Assembly: GCA_951406725.2 (NCBI GenBank)
Contig: OX597822.1
Span: forward strand, 52,824,001-52,888,000
DNA length: 64,000 nt
Direction: 5' to 3'
Source: Octopus vulgaris
Lineage: Eukaryota
The translations under genes and the position numbers were made by a program. Of this stretch, positions 56,242-64,000 are shown in pieces (position 1 is the first letter of the stretch; the number at the start of each line of letters is the position of its first letter). The notes under the pieces are model-generated. The model saw only the letters and a program-made list of their open reading frames with translations, was not told the origin of the DNA and searched no databases.

Positions 56242-56658
56242 TTATTTCTTTATTGCCCACAGGGGTTTAAACATAGAGGGGACAAACAAGGACAGACAAA
56301 GGGATTAAGTCGATTATATCGACTCCAGTGCGTGACTGGTACTTATTTAATCGATCCCGAAAGGATGAAAGGCAAAGTCGACCTCGGCGGAATTTGAACT
56401 CAGAACGTAGCGGCAGACGAAATACCTATTTCTTTACTACCCACAAGGGGCTAAACATAGAGGGGACAAACAAGAACAGACAAACGGATTAAGTCGATTA
56501 CATCGACCCCAGTGCGTAACTGGTACTTAATTTATCGACCCCGAAAGGATGAAAGGTAAAGTCGACCTCGGCGGAATTTGAACTCAGAACGTAACGGCAG
56601 ACGAAATACTGCTACGCATTTCGCCCGGCGTGCTAACGGTTCTACCGGCTCGCCGCCC
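56242..56658 (-). mobile_element. SINE family A dimer
   Basis: Two units joined at GACGAAATACC|TATTTCTTTACT. Confidence 0.9.
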
Positions 56659-57373
56659 TAATTGGCGTTGTCAATTAATCCTTTTCTCATGAAATAATCC
56701 TTTCTGCAATAGACACAAAGACTGAATTTTCGGGGAGGGGGTAAGCCGATTACATCAACCCCAGTACTCAACTGGTACTTATTTTATCGAACCTGAAAGG
56801 ATGAAAGGCAAAGTCGACCACAATTGTTTGATTGGTGCAGGGCTTCAGCTATGATGTAGACTGCCGAGTGAATTGATATCTGTGAATGTAGGTAAAATGG
56901 AAATGGAAGAAAAAGACACATAATGGAGTGGAAAATAATGTATGGGGGGAGATTGTCGGAGATATGAGCAACGGTTTGGATAAGCAACGAACATTGGTGT
57001 AAATGCTAAAATCAAATATAAAGGTTTGAAGTGTTAATCTGGACAGCACAACACAAATCACTTAGACTAAATTAACCGAAATGACATATCAGTAAGAACA
57101 TCAATAATGCGCGCATTACCAACTGGAAACTGGAAACCCTAAGAAAGTAGCTAACTTATGGAGATATATTCTCAAAACAAACAAAAATTATCAGAAATAT
57201 AAATAGAACACTTAAAAGGAAAAAATACTTCAGGAAAACGTAGATTGTAACCGCAGAGCAATGCCAAATAATATCCTAAGCACTGAGACTGTAAAACACG
57301 AGGACAAACGTAAGATACAGAAACTACCGACCAATAACTCGCCTTCCACTGGCATGGAAGTTGCTAACAGGTG

Positions 57374-59718
57374 TTATCACACACATGTGAGTGAGAACAC
57401 TTAGAGATATTTTTGGTATCTAACATATGTCAGATACTGCGAGCGCTGCTTCTGATTGGTCAATCCATGGTGATGACCCGAGGTCACGGTGACGGCACTA
57501 CTTTTGTCATTCATAAGTTACAACTAAACTTTCACGAGCAGGTAGAATGTAGCCATGTAATTAAACAAACATACTATCTTTTTTATACCAGATATCACTT
57601 AAAGTCATATACACATAAAATATAAACATTTCTGGTCGTAATTCAATGTTTTGTTGCCAAAAAAATCACAACATATATCGTCTGCTCGTCGATACTCTTG
57701 CAGTGCAGGTAGATCTATCAACAAGATGGCTACTGTTGTCGATATCAAGGTGAATGATTTTGTTAAGATTGATGGTAATGATGGGGGAAGAGTGTTATCC
57801 GTTGTTCAACCTCTTGGAACATACAGAATGTTCAATGTGAAGATCAATACTGGCCAAGTTCGACATGTTGCTGGATACAGGTTAACAAAGGTACCTGAAA
57901 CAGTGTCATCGACGAGTGGATTGTCATCGAACCCTACATTTAACATCCCTGATGAGGTGTACAATGATCTTCTTCGTGACGATTTCTTTGATGGTAGCCA
58001 TAATGAACTTGAATTTCAACCGAGGTATGATCATTCTGGAATAGATAAATTCGTTCAAGGTAATCAAAATAAAAACACTCTTCGGAAAACAAGTTATGAT
58101 GTTAAACGATTGTTTGCTTTCATGGCGACAAATGGCGACACGCGTCCAATTGAATCTATCGACAAAAGCGAACTTTGTGACATTCTGTGTACTTTCTTTA
58201 TCTCGTTACGAAAACCGGACGGTAGCAACTATGAACCTTTATCTTTGAGGGGAATGTTATTCAGTATTGAAAGATATCTGAAGTCAAAACACTACTCGAC
58301 GTCACTATTCTCGTCACTATTCGTGAAACTACATGACGTACTAAAAACAAAGCAAAAGCTGTTGAAAAGTGAAGGAATGGGAAACCTACCTCGACGCGCG
58401 GAATCTCTCTCCGACGACGATATCAACAAGCTATGGGAATGTGACCAGCTCGGTCCGAACACACCTGAATCCATCCTCAACACGCTATGGTAGAACAACA
58501 CCGTTCACTTTGGTATCCGGAGTGTCAAACCTCACAACGACATGCGATGGGGCGACGTTTCTTTGCATGTTGACAATGAAGGCAAGGAATTCCTTCAGTT
58601 TAGGGAGCGACAGTCCAAAACTTGTCAAGGTGATAATCTCGACCATGCACGTAACATCTACCCAAAAGCATGGGCGACGAATGATGAGCGTTGTCCAGTT
58701 AACCTGTACAAGCGTTTTGCTGATCTGAGACCATCAGATTATTCATCGCCGGATTCACCATTTTATTTGGCCACCAACTGCAAAGATGCCTCCCATTCTC
58801 ATCCCTGGTTTAAACGTCAACCGGTCGGTGTCAACAAACTAGGTACAATTATGAAAAGGATGGCTAAATCAGCTGGTTTGGACAATCGAAGATTCGCGAA
58901 CCATTCAGCACGCAAATACCTTGTGCAGAAGCTCGCTGACCAGAACATTCCTCCAACTGAAATCATGCAGATATCTGGACATCGTAATGTGCAAAGCATC
59001 AATAGTTACAGCAATATTTCCATGGATCGTCATCGTGCCATCAGTAACATCCTTAGTAGCAACAACGACCAGCCTGGTTCGCTTGTACTTCCGTCACACA
59101 CAGCAGCAGCGAGTGCAAGTGAACTCCCCTCCACCGCCAACGTTACGTCGAGTCAATCAATGTGAACTTCTTTGGTTCAGATGCAAAGCGACCTCGTCTC
59201 ACAGATAATGAGGACTGTTAAGTTTTACTGGACTATTGTGCTCTACTCTGACTGACATTGCTACTCGAAAACAGGTTTGAGTATTATTAAAGTTATTGAA
59301 GATTCAATCTGTCTTATGTATTTCTTGAACGTGAACTTGAATGTTAACAAAATGTTAAACAGTCATCAGTTATCAGTCATTTCACCTGAAAACTTAGCGC
59401 TATAAAGTCGGACTATCTTCCTGCGGCATGACATCTTTTACAGTTACACATTGTGACGTTACGGACGTGAAATCAAGCTGTATTCATGCGCGCTTCAACA
59501 CGATGTGAAGAATTTAATTATTAGATTAATAAAATATGGTCGTTTATTCGTGTGTAATAAATAAAATACCAAACTCATTCCCTATGGATACCGTATTTAT
59601 TACAACTCATGGCTTGTAAACGTATCTAACTCGCTTTCGCTCGTTAGACACGTTTACAAGCCACTCGTTGTAATAAATACGGTATCCATAGGGAACTCGT
59701 TTGGTATTCTCTATTTAT
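57374..59718 (+). mobile_element. Crypton-type tyrosine-recombinase DNA transposon
   Basis: TTAT direct repeat at both ends (57374-57377, 59715-59718); removing the element restores the host RT frame; single YR ORF; long 3' hairpin. Confidence 0.88.
57726..59165 (+). pseudogene. Crypton tyrosine recombinase (DUF3504-like), ~479 aa with one in-frame TAG at 58491-58493
   Basis: ORFs 57651..58493 and 58542..59165 are in the same frame; RKPDGSNYEP.SL, HFGIR (R), RQSKT (K), RCPV, NHSAR (HxxR), SGHRN (H), SINSY (Y). Confidence 0.88.
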
Positions 59719-59719
59719 T
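59556..59719. repeat. ~78-bp-arm terminal hairpin of the Crypton
   Basis: aataaataaaataccaaac...tctaactcg ctttcg ctcgttaga...gtttggtattctctatttatt. Confidence 0.9.
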
Positions 59720-61260
59720 GCAAACGATATTTATAATCCTGAGGAGGGTGACCTGCTACCAAAAGATCAGAAAGGATGAAGAAAATGTTCCAAAGAGACG
59801 AACAACCTATTATATATAGATCAGCAAATCCTCCGAAATGTAAAAATCAAGAAGAAAATATTAGCAACGGCGTGGACTGATTACCAAAAGGCATATGAGT
59901 GTGTGCTGCACTCATGGATCCTAGAATTCCTCAGTATATTTGGGATAGCTGAGAATGTTGTCCAGCTCTAACAAAATATTATGCCAAAATGGAGACCTAT
60001 ACTAACATCTGGTCAAGATAAGTTATGTGTAATCAGCATAAGTAGGGGACTATTCCAAGGTGATACACTCTCACTGCTGCTATTTGTGGTTGCTCTTACC
60101 CCTCTTACACTGATCTTGGGAGAGGTTAAATCATACTACAAATTTAGCATGATACAAATGGATGACCTATAATTATTTGCTAAAAGTGAGAAAGCTTTAG
60201 ATTCACTGGTTCAGACTGTTAGAGTTGTGAGTAATGAAATTGTCATGGAGTTTGGGATAGATAAATGTACGTTGCTAGCGATAAAGAGAGGTAGAAAATG
60301 CAAGTCAGAAAGGATTAAACTCCCTAATGAGTGATTGATTCGAGTAATGAATGAGGATGACTGTTACAATTACCAAGGTGTATTGGAGGCAGGTAGAATC
60401 TTCTGTCAGGAAATGAAAGAGAGGGTGAGAAACGAATATTTCAGGAGAGTAAAATGGGTGCTAAGCTCAAAACTGAATGGAGGAAAAAGAATCTCTCTAG
60501 TGAACACATAGGCAGTCTGTCTAATGCGATATCCTGCTGCTTTCTTGAACTAGTCTAAGGAAGAGCTAAGAGAAAAAGATTGTAAAACCAGGAAAACGAT
60601 GTCCATGTACAGATTACTACATCCTAGAGACAGTGTCGATAGATTATACTTACCATAGAAGGAGGTGGGAGGAGACTGATACTAATAGAAAACTGTGTAG
60701 AGATGGCAAAACGCGGTATCGAAGCAACTCAGAAAGATTGATTTTACCTGCCTGAGGAGAGGAGAAAGAAGCCGTGGAGACCACAACGAAATACAAAAAA
60801 AGAAGCAAATAGGAGCGAGAAAGAAATATCTGGAGAAAATAACTACACGGTTACCATCTCAGACAAACGCTGGATGTCGCAGCAGAGGAGTCTTGGTTAT
60901 GGCTGAAGAATGGAGACCTTACGAAAGAAACGGAAGAACTCATAATAACCGCACAAAGCCTGGCAAAAATAGACAAATCCGCGAAAAATGCGAAGTGTAG
61001 GGCTTGTAATAAGAAAGGGAAATTCATTTGGCACAGAAAAAATATGGACGCAGACACGACTGTGTGACCAAGATATTGCAACGGGTCATATTATGGCAAA
61101 GAGGATTTAAAGTAGAAAGAAAATACTACCAACGTCAACCGAAAAGTGAAATAGAAAACGACCAGTGTAAGGTTTTATATGATTTTAATGATCAGACTGA
61201 CTGCGAAATTCAATCAAGGCGATCAGATATTATGATTCTTACAAGGGGAAAAAGAGTGCA

Positions 61261-61634
61261 CCATCTAGAAAAACGCTGCCGCCGTGGTGATCTCATTCTC
61301 GCTCACAACATCATAAGCGGAAAGTGTAACCTCTCGAAAGAGCTGTTCTTCACTCCTGCTCCAGAGCGTCGGCTGCGGGGTCATTCCGAAAAGCTCTACC
61401 TGCGACGATTTCATCTCAATCGAAGGAGAGGAGCTTTCTCCGTCCGGGTTGCGGATCCGTGGAACAAGCTGCCAGACGAGATGGTGAAGATGCCGACGAC
61501 CGCTTTGTTCAAAGTCTCCCTTGACCTCAAGTGGCCTGAACTCTTTACATGAACACCACCCTGTACTTAACTCCATGTCCCCCTACATGGCCTTGCTATT
61601 TGCTTTTGAGCCAAATTAACTAACTAACTAACTA
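61261..61634 (+). mobile_element. CR1-type LINE 3' end
   Basis: LEKRCRRGDLI, RLRGHSEKL, FSVRVADPWNKLP, FKVSLD; (TAAC)n tail. Confidence 0.85.
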
Positions 61635-61924
61635 TATCTACAGGCATCAATGTAATGGTCAAAGGACAGAAAATAGGAAAACATCATAATTTGACGAGGA
61701 AATACGACGACTGAGGAGGGTTTCAAAAAGTAATCTCAGTTGTGATAGGTGCCGTATGTACCGTTACCAACAGACTTAACAGTTTCTTTAATGAGACTGG
61801 TGTAATTATGAGAGCTGCATTAATTCAGAAATCTGATCTATTGAGAACAGTAAGGATTGTAAGAAAGGTCCCCGATATCTAAAGAAAGTGTTTGTGATCC
61901 GATATCAAGAATGTAATACGTCCG

Positions 61925-61958
<34 letters not shown>

Positions 61959-61984
61959 TAATAATAATAATAATAAAGCCTCCC

Positions 61985-62701
61985 CACCAGAAATTACCAA
62001 AAACATGTAATGAAAAGAAATATAACAAGTAACTGCAGAATATGTGGAGATGGACAAGAAACAATAAATCATATTATCTCTGGCTGCCCAGTCCTGGCTA
62101 AGAAGGAATATATTCACAGACATGACAGAGTTGGAACCTACATACACTGGAAGCTATGTCAACATTATGGAATAACAACAGAAAAAAGATGGTATAGGCA
62201 CACACCAGAAAAGGTCACAGAAAACGAGAAAGCAACCATACTCTGGGATATGCCGATACACACAGATAGAGAAATTAAAGCCAACAGACCGGATATAGTT
62301 GTCAGAGATCATGAAGAAAAAAATGCTTTCTAATTGATGTATCAATACCGGCAGATGACAACGTTTCTCTAAAAGAAATGGAGAAACTCTCAAAATACAA
62401 AGACCTAGAAATAGAGGTAACCAGAATGTGGAATCTAAAAACAGAAACAATTCCTATCATAGTAGGTGCATTGGGCATGATAAAAAAATATTCAGACAAA
62501 TACATAACAAAAACACCAGGACTTACAAACACATATAACATACAGAAAATTGCACTACTAGGCACTTCACTCATCCTACGCAGAACACTTTCCATACAAT
62601 AACCATCAGAGCATCACAACAAATCACAGCACATACCTAAGGCACAAAGAGCTGCGCATGGTAGTGAAGTGAAAGCACGCTATAAAAATAAAACTACTGA
62701 A
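61985..62701 (+). mobile_element. Young 5'-truncated Dong/R4 LINE inside (TAA)n
   Basis: CRICGDGQETINHIISGC (CCHC), RHDRV, RPDIVV...IDVSIP, KLSKYKDLEIE, PIIVGALG; one frameshift; (TAA)n on both sides. Confidence 0.9.
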
Positions 62702-62794
<93 letters not shown>

Positions 62795-62795
<1 letters not shown>

Positions 62796-63133
62796 GTGCC
62801 CTAGGTATGATAAGAAATGGATGTCAGAAACATCTAGTAATATCCCAGGAGAACCATGTCTCAGAGAAATCCAAAAGATTATTATACTCACAAGTACTTC
62901 CTACTTCCTTAGAAAAACCCTATCAATTTAAATGTCTGTGTTGTGTTACATGCAGATATTTCTCTACTGCCACTGCCACTTCTCCTCCTCAAGCTTTTAG
63001 TCATACTGTAACATCGCCCTAAGACGCTGGGTGTGTCTCGGCGAGTGACTGTAAAAAACATGCAGACTAAAAAGTAAATAATAATAATAATGATGATAAT
63101 AATAATAATAATGATAATAATAATAATAATAAT

Positions 63134-63169
<36 letters not shown>

Positions 63170-63405
63170 AACAACAACAGCCAAACAACAACAATAATGA
63201 TAATAATAATAATGATAACTATCCATAAAGATCTGAACAGATGGATAGAGGAAATAGGCAAAAAGCCCAGTTTAGTAGAGCTGCAGAAAACAGAGTTATA
63301 AGGGACAGCTAGGATACTTGGGAGAGTTCTTGGCATCCCAAACTACTTGTTATAACCCTATTTTAGGATTCTTTTCTTTTCCAACAGTCTAATCTGTTGA
63401 GTGAA
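62795..63405 (+). mobile_element. Two further short Dong-like 3' ends in (TAA)/(CAA)n
   Basis: ALGMIRNGCQKHL...EIQKI and SLVELQKTEL.GTARILGRVL. Confidence 0.6.
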
Positions 63406-63415
63406 TAATAATAAT

Positions 63416-63451
<36 letters not shown>

Positions 63452-63498
63452 AATAATAACAATAATAATAATAATAACAATAATAATAATAATAAATT

Positions 63499-64000
63499 CC
63501 CTGGTGCAGTACCAGGTAGTGGCTCTCATGTCTTCTGATCTTTACTGATTGAAAGTGTTATCATGTACATTGTTTTGTCTTGGTATAAAAGATGGGCTAG
63601 AGCAAATATTCTACTCAATACCGCAGACTTGCTTGTCAGTTGTTTGACCATAACCAGTTGAGCATGTCTATTAATGGCTGACGATGTGTGCATCTCTGCT
63701 CATGAGCAGAAGTAATGGGAGCATCGTAGCCATGTGTTGAAATTCTTTGGAATTTGAACAATCCACCTCTGCAAACATGGGTGTTTCATTCAATATCCTT
63801 AAACAATCCTTATTCAAGAACCTTTTGAGCTGGATGAGCTTTTCGACCTGAAAAAAATTCTAACTTGGCCTCACCTGCAAGGTCACGAGCTGCTTATCTT
63901 GATATGAGATCACGATGTCGCGCACATATGGTTGTGATGCATGTGCCTAGTGTACCCTCATCAGACGAGTAGTCTGATGGGCTTCATATATTTGTACTCT
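63499..64000. repeat. Repeat family C
   Basis: Homologous to 22292-22792; follows (TAA)n. Confidence 0.8.

Larger units (their letters stand above)
56900..61880 (+). mobile_element. Degenerate R4/Dong-like LINE hosting a Crypton and a CR1 fragment
   Basis: NYRPITRLPLAWKLLTGV|IANDIY, DQKG, AWTDYQKAY..V.HSWI, RGLFQGDTLS, MDDL.LFAKS, MEFGIDKC, SWLWLKNGDLTKETE. Confidence 0.85.

Noticed and set aside
57651-59165. Domesticated host gene (ZMYM/QRICH1/KCTD1-like)
   Set aside because: Catalytic residues retained, no introns, premature stop, and precise insertion inside a decayed LINE.
61028-61552. 174-aa protein-coding gene
   Set aside because: Chance in-frame fusion of a Dong-like LINE remnant with an inserted CR1 3' end.

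Overview
AT-rich eukaryotic (animal) genomic DNA, very rich in microsatellites ((TA)n, (CA)n, (TATG)n, (TAA)n, (ACC)n) and almost entirely made of nested transposon debris. The SINE families and repeat density resemble an octopus/cephalopod genome (inference). No intact host gene is visible; only a few weak micro-exon candidates. Recognisable elements: a near-intact Crypton-type tyrosine-recombinase transposon (57374-59718) inserted precisely into an R4/Dong-like LINE; a Tigger/pogo element; a Tc1-like element with DD36E spacing; mariner and Merlin-like MITEs (one filled with TTAGGG repeats); non-autonomous Helitrons; R4/Dong, HERO-like, Tx1/L1-like and CR1/L2-like LINE fragments; Penelope-like GIY-YIG fragments; and two abundant tRNA-derived SINE families, one forming a 13-unit tandem array. 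The most interesting signals: (1) at least seven sequence-unrelated fold-back palindromes in or beside (TA)n, several carrying outward-facing hammerhead-ribozyme cores plus a one-sided tail; (2) a Crypton 3' hairpin with periodic CTCG bubbles, reminiscent of folded ssDNA recombinase substrates; (3) an exact 24-codon histone H3 fragment fused in opposite orientation to a truncated SINE; (4) SINE multimers with the same junction at several independent loci. All calls were made by eye, without database searches.
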